Shown: positions 53,570 to 64,000 of the stretch, piece by piece
How the letters are laid out: every line of letters begins with the position of its first letter
Position numbering within the stretch: position 1 is the stretch's first letter
NCBI GenBank assembly: GCA_037379345.1
Contig: CM074514.1
Span: 15,500,001-15,564,000 of the forward strand
Source of the DNA: Perna viridis
Taxonomy: Eukaryota
Direction: 5' to 3'
Length of the DNA stretch: 64,000 bases
Translations under genes and position numbers: made by a program
Notes under the pieces: generated by a model
Told to the model about the DNA's origin: nothing
The model's database searches: none
The model's input: only the letters and a program-made list of their open reading frames with translations

Positions 53570-54205
53570 AGAGACAAACGTATACTCATGCTGTGTGTGT
53601 GTGTCTTAGTTTTATTTAAGAATAACGTTTATGTTATAACCTTGTGTGCTTATCTTGGTTTTATTTATTAAGAAAAAAACGTATTTTTTAAGACAAACGT
53701 TTTGTCATGTTGTGTGTGTATCTTGGTTTCATTTAAGACAAACGTATATGTTATCATGTGTGTGCATATTGGTTTCATTTAAGACAAACGTTTTGTTATG
53801 TTGTGTGTTTGTATCTTGGTTTCATTTAAGACAAACGTATATGTTATCATGCTGTGCGCATATATTGTTTTCATTTAAGACAAACGTTTTGTCATGATGT
53901 GTGTGTATATTGGTTTCATTTAAGACAAACGTTTTGTCATGATGTGTGTGTATATTGGTTTCATTTAAGACAAACGTTTTGTTATGTTGTGTGTGTGTAT
54001 CTTGGTTTCATTTAAGACAAACGTATATGTTATCATGCTGTGCGCATATATTGTTTTCATTTAAGACGAACGTTTTATCACGTTGTGTGTGTATATATTG
54101 GTTTCATTTAAGACAAACGTATTTTTTTATTATGCTGTGTGTGTATCTTGATTTCATTTAAGAGAAACGTATTTTTTATCATGCTGTGTGTATATATTAG
54201 TTTCA
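53570..54205. repeat. Minisatellite of about 44-48 bp (about 14 copies) inside LITAF-B intron 1
   Basis: Unit ttggtttcatttaagacaaacgt...tgtgtgta with a variable (TG)n tract. Confidence 0.9.
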
Positions 54206-54976
54206 GTTGTCATACATTAAGGAGCTTGGTGGTTTAAGTAAATGTTCAAATGAAAGCCATTCAGAGGATGATGATTCCATATAAAGTTTGTCAATGTGTT
54301 CATTGTGTGAATGCATACAGTGATTTGTTTAGTATAGTTATATAAAGGTAGAAAATATTAAAAACTTAAATCAAAACAAAAACTGGTGAATTCATAACTT
54401 TTCTAACTATAGATACAACTTATAAATGTTACTTTTTGATAGTTTTTAGATGTTTAGAAAGTTGACAAAAATTTCACGATTCTGATTTTATTGTATGGAA
54501 ATTACGTAATGCAACAAATTAAGCCATCTCTGTAATGTTTATTACTCTCGCTACCACGCCGTTATGAAAATATATTTTACTATTTAATGTGAACACCTTT
54601 GTTTACTTATATTATATTAATGTCCATTTGATTCCGTGGTTGTTGTCTGTTTTTCGTTAATTTTGTCGTCTTAGTGGAAATTTACTTTCTTTTATTTACC
54701 GTATGGGTCTTTCAAGTTACACTTCAGATCGATTGATTTCGTCGTCGTCAAGTGAAAAAAGTAAATGTTCTAACCATTTCTTGTTATTATATACACACGT
54801 AAATATGGAAAGGGCGATTTTGTATGCTAGGGTCAAGACCGAGTCTGATTTACATTTCACATTAGTAACTTCTTAATCTAAAACAAACAGAATTTACTTA
54901 ATAATGATCATGAAATCAAACTGAAATAAAATCAAGGAAGTATAAAGGAGAACATTCTAAAGATTATAAAACTTAC

Positions 54977-54992
54977 CTCCTTCGCTTTCCAT
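54977..54992 (-). CDS. LITAF: LITAF-domain gene B, first coding exon (MESEG)
   Basis: aaATG GAA AGC GAA GGA G|gtaagt is a consensus donor; phase 1 fits the 53243 acceptor; total CDS 276 nt = 91 aa. Confidence 0.75.
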
Positions 54993-57187
54993 TTGTGCTT
55001 GTTACTAAAGTATAACTTGTTTATTCGATTACGGAAATCTGAATTTTGCGCTTAATAGTTTCGAACGAGTGGATTTGTCCTAAAAAAAACTGCGATTCTG
55101 TTGGGTTGGGTTTCTCGTGTTTTTTTTAATTTAAATACCACATTTAACAACTGAACATTCAACCCGATACCTGTGTTCAAGTTCATTGCTTTGTCTTGAA
55201 CAAACATGGCTGACTATCTATGATATACTATCACATTTAAAATCAACGTGTATGTTAACCAACATTGTTTTAGAAATATTTTTGTTTAATTTTTTAGTTC
55301 CTTTCTTGGTGTTTAGGGTTTTTTGCCTATGAGAATTTAACGAATTTTAAACACATCCGGCTTATCTTTGAACAGAATAGAAATAAGGCGACTGTTTTTG
55401 TAACATTTTTAGGGGGTGATAAATGTTCTCTTGAACAAAAACCTCTGACAATCGCTGACATTCTAAAACATTTAAAATCGGGGTATTCACAAAACGTGTA
55501 CGTAATGATACATGTCTATGTGACAAAACCATTCGTCTTTTTATGAATGTTATTGTTTAATTTTATAGTTCCGTACTTGATGTTTTATTTACGCCGATAT
55601 CTTAACGTGTCTATCTTTGAACAAAATAGAAACTCTTTGTTTTAGCGTTGTTTTTGTTACAGAGTTTCTTTTCATATCCAGCTTGATAAGCGGAAGGTAC
55701 ATGGAAATCTTGCTGTCTGTCCGTCCGTCCCCTGTTCTAATCTGCAACTCATCTGAAAGCGCTAGATGAAACTTGATGACACTTTCGCAGATTCTTCATT
55801 ATATTTTTTCGCGCCTCCTTATATGTTTTTCCATCTGAACGATTTTTTGGGTTTCACAGTGTGGATTCTGTCATTTTTTGACCGGGGAGGGGGGTTCTCT
55901 TCTAATACGCAACTACTTTGAAACCGCTGAATCGAATTTGAAGAAACTTCATCTTTAGATTCTTCGGAAATTCGGTTAAGAATAAATTTCTTTAATTAAG
56001 TTGTCTATTCAAGTTATTCAACAAAATAAATATGACAAAGAGTCATTCATCAATGCTTAATATTTGAAGCGGGAAGCATATGGGTAAAATGTATGATTAA
56101 TGAGAAATTACAAGGTAAAATTATCGGCGGGATGACCGTAACGAAGAATCTTCTTTTTCTAAGGATGACAGTAACATGCGACAAGAGATGTCCGTAACAT
56201 GAGAAACAAAAATATTTCGTGATGAGATTTGGTACTTAATGATAAATGTTGAATTGCAAAGTACCTCAGTGTTAAGTGATGCAGAACCATCGTGAAAATG
56301 TACATGTATGGATGTCGCGTGCGGTAGGCAATATTGTTGGCTTGCATACAACAGGACGGTATGTGTGGCATACAATTTAATCCAATATCATAATATAATT
56401 TTATGTGGCATCTGAAATGTTATGAATATGATCTTAAAAGAGAAATGAGAAACAGCTATGATAAGAAAATAGACACAAGAGGAAAATATTTGTTCATGTC
56501 AAATAATATACGAATATCAAGTGGTAGAGTTTTTGGTGATTCAACAGATACATGCGGTAAATTTATTTGCCACAAATCTGTTGGTTCAAGTTAGTGTATT
56601 TGTATGTAATAGTGTCAGAATGCATGTTACAAAATATACTAAAAAATGAAATTGCTGACGTTCTACCAATTATTTTCTGACTGACATTATATATTGCAAA
56701 CTTTTATTTACTTTGATGACATCTTATGTTCAGCCAAGAAAAAAATATGTCTGCATTTTTTTCCATTCCCTATAGCACATTTATCATGTTGTTTTTGACA
56801 AAATGTCGCTAAACTATCATTTCTTAGTTGGGCACCTTTATGGTAAAAAATGCCCTCCCATAAGCGTCAATATAAAATAATTTTAAAAAATAAAATGATT
56901 TTACCCACCTATCATATTTTTTTATATTGAACCTTAAACAGACGTGTTTTTTTCTCGGCCTTAAAACAGAATATCTTTGACAATGATCGACAAGGGGGGC
57001 AGTTAAGCTTACATGAATCGTGAACCATTCACTTAACTAAGCTCCCAACTACATTTGATGTATTTGCATCAGTTTAATTCAGTTTAAGCATATATAATAA
57101 TTATTGTTATACACCTTTATTACATAACATAAATTATTACAAAATTATAACATGCATTAATATCTTCAGTTTTTTTTTCTTCTTCTT

Positions 57188-57285
57188 ATAGACCTATAGT
57201 CTATACTAACTGTATTTTATATAGAAGTAATGTCTACATTAACTGTATTTTATACAGACCTATTGTCTACACTAACTGTATTTTA
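57188..57285. repeat. 33-bp tandem repeat x3
   Basis: taactgtatttta recurs at 57207, 57240 and 57273. Confidence 0.8.
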
Positions 57286-57336
57286 TTCTATTAGTTTCAT
57301 TGTGTGTGTATATATCGTCTCTGTTTCCTGCTTTTA

Positions 57337-57514
57337 CAGTGGGGGGATCCAGGGTAGGGTGCATGGGGTTGGCACCCTCATCTTTATTGGAAAATTTGTC
57401 ATTTTCATGTGTAAAATCAATAAAAAAAAATGGCAAATTATGTCCTAGCATCCCATTTTTCTGGGGAACCTCGACTGGCATCCCTCCTTTTCGAAGTGTT
57501 AGGATCCGCCCATG
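57337..57514 (+). mobile_element. GGATCC-TIR MITE nested in the long-TIR element
   Basis: CAGTGGGGGGATCC ... GGATCCGCCCATG; homologous to 38552-38713 and 30835-30912. Confidence 0.8.
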
Positions 57515-58992
57515 TTTTACGTTATAGTCATGTATTTGACATCTTTGCATTGTCTATCAATGTTGATGCTTCGGTATATTGTTTGCCAATATTTTGTATT
57601 TCTGGTATTTCGTGGTAAATAAATCCGTTACGGTCATCCCGTTCGTCGGTGTCTTGTTCTGTTACGGTCATCCAACATTCTTCGTTACGATCATCCCGCC
57701 GATATTTTTACCTCGTAATTTCTCATTAATCATACATTTTTACCCATATGCTTCCCGCTTCAAATATCAAGCATTTATGAATGACTATTTGGCGTATTTA
57801 TTTTGTTGAATAACTTTAAAGAATAGACAACTTTATCAAAGAAAAATATTCTAACCCGAATTTCCATCCTGCATCTTGGGATGACCGTAACGGCTTTACC
57901 CCAGTGATAGTGTCATTGTGCACCTTCTTTTTTGCTTTCTATCTGAATGACTTTTCGAGTTTCTTTATGCAAAATATGGACTTCAATGGGGGGTAGGCTC
58001 TTCTGATCTTCGACTCCTTAGAAACTCTGAATGGAATTTGATGAAACTTTTATAGATTCTTTATAGTATGATGTCATTGTGCACCTCCTAATTCATTTTT
58101 TTCATCTGAGTGACCTTGAGGTTTCCTGATGCATAAAATGGACTTAGTCATTTGTCGACTAAGGGGGGACTCATCTGAAACCGCTGAATGGAATTTGATG
58201 GAACTTTTAAAAATTCTTTTACATAGCCATTGCGCATCTCCTATATATTTTGTTTTCCATCTAATGACTTTTGGGGTTTCCTGATGCAAAATATGGACTT
58301 CGTCATTTGTCGACCAAGGGAGTCATATCTTCTAATCCGCAACTCAACTGAAACCGCGGAATGGAATTCGATGAAACGTTAAAAGATTCTTTATCACATG
58401 ATGCCATTGTGCATCTTCCATCTTGTTTTTCCATCTGAATGCATAAAATCACTTATGGGGTATTCTATATTGGTTTCTAGGAGGAGAAGCGGGGGTTTCA
58501 CTTAAGTTTCTTTCCAGTGAAGGTGAAAATGTACTTTTGAAAAAATTGCTTCCATATTTTATATGTTCATCTACAGGGGCTTGCTCCAAATATGAAGCCC
58601 GACTAGTATGCATTCATGTTTATACACTTGTCGCGCTGCAGATTTGATAGTGGAAGCAAGCCCCTATGGTTCATCTTTTGTATAATTATGTTAAATGGCT
58701 AAACCTGATCTGGTCCAATGTCCCAAGAGCTAGATCGATCAACGAACTAGTCATTTGTGCAACAAAAATATAATAGGGGTTAATATCATTACCTAGGAAA
58801 ATATAATCAATTGTGATGTAAAAAATATAAATGGCAGAAAAAAAGTCAAAATGAAAAATTTAATTTAGTAGATTCATAAGGTTTGTAAAATGTAAGGGTG
58901 TGTTTTCGTATTTAATCAGAATTACAGTAAGTAGCTAACACACTTTATCACGTGCGTGTGTGTGTGTGCATGTGAGTCTTTAAGAGTATATT

Positions 58993-59246
58993 GAGCGAGC
59001 AGATCAGCGCCAGTAATAAATTGTCTGACTGTGGTCGCAACCAGTTATACCGTTCTGGGGTCTAGCAGCAATCGAGCTAGGAGACCAACATCATTTATAA
59101 ATTGTCTAATTGTGGTGTAGTCGCAACCAGTCATACTATTCTATATAGTCTGGTAGCAATTGAGCTAAATACCAACATTAGCGATAAGCTGTCTGATTGT
59201 GGTTCAGTCATAACCGGTTATACCGTCCTAGAGTCTGGTAGCAGTT
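58993..59246. repeat. Three diverged 81-88-bp tandem copies spanning the LITAF-A stop codon and 3' UTR
   Basis: tgtctgattgtgg...aaccggttataccgtcctagagtctggtagca-like sequence recurs at 58993-59073, 59074-59161 and 59162-59246. Confidence 0.8.
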
Positions 59247-59316
59247 TGGACATGAATGCACACAATCCTTAACTGCCTTTATGTAAAATGGCAGCAGACA
59301 GCATCCCAGCCACAAC
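59208..59316 (-). CDS. LITAF: LITAF-domain gene A, last exon (LWLGCCLLPFYIKAVKDCVHSCPNCYQTLGRYNRL*)
   Basis: Acceptor ttgattacag (59318-59317), phase 2; GCCLLPF and HSCPNC motifs; TGA at 59210-59208. Confidence 0.93.
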
Positions 59317-59724
59317 CTGTAATCAATTAATAAATTTTTTTTGCAATAAAAAACCACAAATATTATGTATGTAACCGTTCATTATTAAGTCCATGCTTCA
59401 AGGAATAAAATCCAATTTGTTAGCAGTAATTAGCAGAACATAATAATTTATTTTTTTTTATATCAGAAGAAATAAGCAATTCTAATTTGTGGCAATGGTC
59501 ATATGGTATTTGCTAGTATACATTAAAATGTCGAGTGGGCAGTACCACGTGATGATAGTACGGCTCGAGGCTTTATCAACATTTCAATTTATCGACTATT
59601 GTTTAAATGGCGTCTTATTTGATCTAATCTAAGGTTTAAAATGTATTGGATTTATATACATCTTATTAACAACGATGATCCATTCAGTTGTATGTTGTTA
59701 AACAGAAAATACGTGACTACTAAC

Positions 59725-59866
59725 CCCAAAAATAAGAGGAGACCACACAAGAACCATGTTAAAGTGCCGGCATTATATGATATAGCTGTAACAATGTTTT
59801 GTCTACAGAACGGACAAATTAAGCAAATTTCCTCCTCTCCAAAGTCTGGTGGTGACATGCCGCCAT
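59725..59866 (-). CDS. LITAF: LITAF-domain gene A, core exon (DGGMSPPDFGEEEICLICPFCRQNIVTAISYNAGTLTWFLCGLLLFLG)
   Basis: Acceptor tctcttggttacag and donor GG|gttagt; 142 nt, phase 1 to 2, the same as in gene B; CPFC knuckle and GTLTW hydrophobic segment. Confidence 0.93.
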
Positions 59867-60075
59867 CTGTAACCAAGAGAATAACTATTTTTTTAATTCG
59901 GACATGGCTTACAACTTCAATGAAATATGCTCACATATCCCATCGTTGGTATATTGCTAAACTAAGTTGACATTCATCTACAGTATTATTTTATTGAGTA
60001 GATAGTATATATCGGTTAAAATATTGTTTATATTCATACAAAATCAATAACAAAGTTCTTTCATACTCGTATTAC

Positions 60076-60099
60076 CTTTGAACACCATAGAAGTGCATT
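60076..60099 (-). CDS. Candidate 24-nt microexon of LITAF-A (ECTSMVFK; contains an alternative ATG at 60088)
   Basis: tgttag|AATGCACTTCTATGGTGTTCAAAG|gtaata; phase 1-1, in frame with the 59866 exon. Confidence 0.5.
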
Positions 60100-60366
60100 C
60101 TAACATATACATGTGTACACGTGACGTAATTCTTAGAGTATGTACAAGAGTTTCATATAGTTTTTTATACTCCGATAAATTTATAATTCAAGTAATTCTA
60201 ATTCGTGTTAATTGTTAATACACGAATACACATCATTCGTGGAACTAAAGAAAGTCAAGCTAAACCGTAAACAAATACATATAGTTATTGAACGTGGTTA
60301 TTTTTTCACATGTAAGTGCTCGCAGTTGCGCGAAAGTCTTCGCAATATTTATCAAAATAATATTAC

Positions 60367-60396
60367 CTGTAACTGTCTTTTCAAGTGTTTTTTCTA
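60367..60396 (-). CDS. Candidate 30-nt microexon of LITAF-A (LEKTLEKTVT)
   Basis: tatttcag|TAGAAAAAACACTTGAAAAGACAGTTACAG|gtaata; phase 1-1 and open. Confidence 0.45.
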
Positions 60397-60542
60397 CTGA
60401 AATAACAGCCATACGTCAGACCAACACAGCTCTCCCTTCATACATACAACTAACTTAGGATAATAATCCATGTTTGTTTAATTTACATTCCACCGATATG
60501 CGTGGCCGATTAAAATTTGTCTCTTTAAATATATCGACTTAC

Positions 60543-60585
60543 ATGCAATAAAACAAATTGAAAAGCTACCCGCAGTAATAAACAT
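60543..60585 (-). CDS. Candidate first coding exon of LITAF-A (MFITAGSFSICFIA)
   Basis: aacATG...GCA T|gtaagt is a strong donor; 43 nt, phase 1, in frame with the downstream microexons. Confidence 0.35.
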
Positions 60586-61095
60586 GTTTCTACAAGTAAA
60601 TGTTAAAAGCAAAAAGTCGTTAATTATGAATTAGTTAAAGAAGATAGAAATATTGTTGTTTTGTATACGTGAGTAAACTACTGAGAAGTGTTAAAACATA
60701 AAAATGTATTAAAACAATTCTTTATGAAATACTACCTTGGCCAATACTTAAGGAGCCAAGTGACGCCCCGCTATTTACTTGATGTAGATACAGGCTTTAG
60801 GCGTAGGGTTAATATTTCAAGAAATTCAATATATCAACATTATGAGTACACATATTGAATGATGACGTAATATGAAACAAATAAAGAAAGAAAGCCAAAT
60901 TTAAAAATATATAAAACCTAATCTTTGATAATTGATGTAAACTCTTAAATCAAAGGAAAAGTAAGAAATCGTGGATAATATAAATTCCACCAAAAATATA
61001 AACATAACGATCCCTTATACCAGTTCATATATCTTTATTCTGTTAAAACCGATGCTGAATAAAGGTATACAGAAAACATTATTTAACATCATTCA

Positions 61096-61271
61096 TTATA
61101 GATGTTGTTCGATGAAAGGATTAACAAAAGCGGATTTGAGCAATGGCGAACAAGTTGTGGCCCTATTCATTCTCAATCCTGGATCATTCTCGTCTGGGTG
61201 GAAGAACTGTGGTAATCGTATTGGACCTCCGTACATACACATATGCTGAGTATGTTTGAAACGACTTTCAC
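61096..61271 (-). other. Possible coding exon or coding remnant (ESRFKHTQHMCMYGGPIRLPQFFHPDENDPGLRMNRATTCSPLLKSAFVNPFIEQHL*)
   Basis: 57-codon open GC-elevated frame after a weak acceptor (gacttgcag); not recognised. Confidence 0.25.
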
Positions 61272-62359
61272 CTGCAAGTCATGCTTGCGTTAAATGACCG
61301 TTTTTTCTAAAGTAAACGTCAAAAACTGTTAAGAAAATTGCGGAGAATGATTCCTCATCTCAATTCTAGTCTTTGTCATGATGCAACAAAGCAGTGTATC
61401 ATCTGCGACCATAAAACCCTTCACATCATTGTTGAAAATTTTGCCTGACAAAAAGTACATTACCTATTTGGTAACAGACATAAAGGAAAAGAACCTAAAG
61501 GACTAATGAACAAGGAACGTAAAAAGGGTAAACAGAAAGGCTAGCCAAGAACAGGTGTTAATCCTTCTAGTATCAATTCAATTATTAACACAATTTTCAA
61601 GAGGTTCCGTAGTTGCATGAAGTTTATGAGCAATTTTGAGAAGGATATTGTTAATCTTAAAGTCCTACAACAGGTTCCATCATGACAATATGCTAGATAT
61701 GGTATGTCCATAAGATTTATTATCCCATTCCATCATATTTTCTCCTGCCTGTCGGAGGTATTACTAGAAAAGCAGAGATTGTTTAACATCTAATGACCTG
61801 ATCCTACTGGTGCAGATTTAAAGGACTTAGGGAAGATCTTTTAAGTTTATTTTTCCTTGTGTTTCTTCTTTTTTCAAGCCGTTACAATTTCATGATTGAT
61901 TCTGTCTAATTGTGCTCCTACTTTACTTTTGTGTAAAATGAATGAATTTTGAATAAGTTTCATACCCAATGAATAAACATAAAAACACCACTTGATTGAA
62001 CTTGCTGTCCAGGTCAGATATTATTAGAACAAGATCATATGATCATGTGACCAATATGATTAAATATGTATTAAGAACAATATGTAAAAATATTCAGTAT
62101 CTTCCTAAACAAAACAAAATCTTCCAACATCAATTAGATAAAAAAAATGACTGGCTCATGATCAATCTTTTTATCTAAATTGATCATAATATCAAACCAT
62201 CATTATACATGTACATGTACAGCTTAAGTGTAAACTATAAAGATGTATGAAAAATCAGACATTTTTAATCATAAAATCCTTTATTGATAAATATACACAA
62301 ACATACTGCATATACATTTTATAGTCATTACTTGCACAGCCCAGTAGTATGAGTTCATA

Positions 62360-62443
62360 TCATGAGGCCAATTTGGTCATTTCCTCCCTAACACTTGAGG
62401 CTGTATCAATGAACTCGCTCAAAGACTTCTCAAACATCTTTTT
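62360..62443 (-). CDS. Terminal coding exon of a gene entering from beyond the right edge (KKMFEKSLSEFIDTASSVREEMTKLAS*)
   Basis: Acceptor tatttggtttgcag (62445-62444); 28-codon amphipathic-helix-like frame to TGA; AATAAA on the minus strand at 62285-62280; surrounding DNA appears CpG-poor, like a methylated gene body. Confidence 0.6.
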   Translation of the reverse strand, partial: KKMFEKSLSEFIDTASSVREEMTKLAS

Positions 62444-64000
62444 CTGCAAACCAAATAGCAAAGCTTCAACATAAATTCAAGAAAGAAATGGAGATCAATA
62501 TTCATATCATTTTTATTAAATAAACAGGAAAATAACACAGTCAATAGACAAGACATCTACTGTATCATACCTTAATTGTGTACAATAAATACAATGTAAT
62601 AGACATTCTTTACCAAAAGGAAAAACAGAACATGATGCACCTTATAGTGAAATAAATTTAAAGGTCAACCAACTTGAGTAAACATTTTACCCAGTTCTCA
62701 TGCAGTGATGTCCATTCCATACACAAGATTTTTTTTTAAAGGTAGTGCTACATGTAAGTTAGGGGGAGAATTGAGTAAAAACTTCTCCTTGTTTGTGCTC
62801 ACTTTTCCAAATTGTCTTTGACTGAGAAGTTTTTGTAATAAACGTAACAAAGCCAAAAATGTCAATATTATTAATTTCAAACACAACTTACTAAAACTTC
62901 CCCTGGTCATCAATGCCTAGATTAGGCCCTAAAGATAAAAGGCATAAGAGTTTAGGGGTTGCCTATGTCCCCAGTCAGATCAAGGGTGGGGTCCTGGTAG
63001 GGGAGAGGTGACTTTGCCCCCCCCCCACACACACACACACACATCACACAGAAAATGAAAAGTGAGGAAATGAGATTTATTATGTACATATACATGTATA
63101 TAGACATTTAGAATAGTGAGTGATGTAATTTATTTAACTTTCCTTAATAAAAGATTTGCAAACTTATAAATCAACAAATGAATTATACATGTACATAATA
63201 ACAATGAAACAAGGAATCCAGTAAATAAAAATGTTTAAGAGATCAGTCCAAAAATAGAAAAATAGATTTTTTTGCCGCTCTCCAATTTCTTACCCCTGTA
63301 ACTCCAAAAGGCTTTATGATAAGTCTCTGCAAAAAACTTCTACAACAGAATTTCAAATGGAACATACCGACAAAAATGAATTAACAATAAACTTTTTATA
63401 TCATTTCTAATGATGACACCCATTTTTCCACTTTTAAGCCCTTATTAACAAAAGGGGTAGGACAAAAACTTCCAAGAAATTATAGGGCCCTCAGCCAAGT
63501 CCCTTGGAATGATGTGTTAAAATTTCAAAGACTGGATTATTTGTACTCAAGTTATCATAAATTTATAACACCATTCACCTGAACGTTTAATACAGGATTT
63601 TACCACTATATGACAGCAAAAAAATTTGCAGTCATATGAAAATGATGCAAATCATCAGATCACGAGAGAATCAATGCCAAACTTTATTATATTAAAAAAA
63701 ATTAAGAACACGCCATTACAGTGTGACAAAAAGACTTGACGGTTACTTAACTACTTAAAATAGCTCTGTAAGTGTCTAAATACATGTACTAAAACTTTCC
63801 TACATGTATCTCACCTGTCAAAATGTACTGACTATATATTTACAAAAGTAATCAAGGGAACTAAGGTTCTAGCAGTAATAAAAAGACTGCATTCCAGGGA
63901 CAAAGACCAGACATGGAAAACAGACCTACACAACAAAGAACACAAAGTAACTAAAATAATACATACAAAGCAACAAAGCAAATGAGCAACTTGGACTCCA

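Larger units (their letters stand above)
55966..57902. mobile_element. Non-autonomous DNA transposon with TIRs of about 235 bp (MULE/foldback-like)
   Basis: 55966-56200 is the reverse complement of 57625-57865 (e.g. atttgaagcgggaagcatatgggtaaaa / ttttacccatatgcttcccgcttcaaat); repeated GGATGACCGTAAC motifs; the right end extends to ...ggatgaccgtaacggctttacccc, and the matching left tip is missing. Confidence 0.8.
55669..58520 (-). mobile_element. HINE/Helentron-derived element with internal 155-175-bp tandem units, interrupted by a TIR element
   Basis: Hairpin plus GTCT/GTCC microsatellite at 55675-55730; units marked by gaaaccgctgaatggaatttgatgaaact-like sequence at about 55755, 55920, 58021, 58177 and 58350; the unit sequence breaks at 55965 and resumes at about 57903. 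Confidence 0.7.

Overview
AT-rich, intron-containing eukaryotic DNA. The repeat families (Helentron/HINE-type elements, RTE LINE, MITEs with TA or TTAA target sites) suggest a mollusc, probably a bivalve; this is an inference. No prokaryotic operons, rRNA, convincing tRNA or CRISPR array were seen, and most entries in the ORF track are chance ORFs or translations of minisatellites. Reading splice sites by hand gives two tandem minus-strand LITAF-domain genes that the ORF track largely misses. LITAF-B is join(54992-54977, 53243-53102, 52435-52318), 91 aa. LITAF-A has core exons 59866-59725 and 59316-59208, plus three candidate short upstream exons. Both lack the usual PPxY/PSAP proline-rich N-terminus. 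Other genes: a minus-strand gene with an acidic low-complexity first coding exon at 19219-18982, behind CCAAT and E2F-like promoter motifs; a probable small or partial minus-strand gene at about 1541-389; and the last coding exon of a gene entering from beyond the right edge (62443-62360). Mobile DNA: a dead 5'-truncated RTE LINE with a 10-bp TSD (49060-51489), a three-level nested insertion between the LITAF genes (HINE > long-TIR element > MITE), a 1.6-kb foldback palindrome (43.2-44.8 kb) and several MITEs. There are about ten minisatellites, including a 30-bp array with higher-order structure. I found no evidence for a genuinely new biological system; the minimal LITAF pair is the most interesting item.
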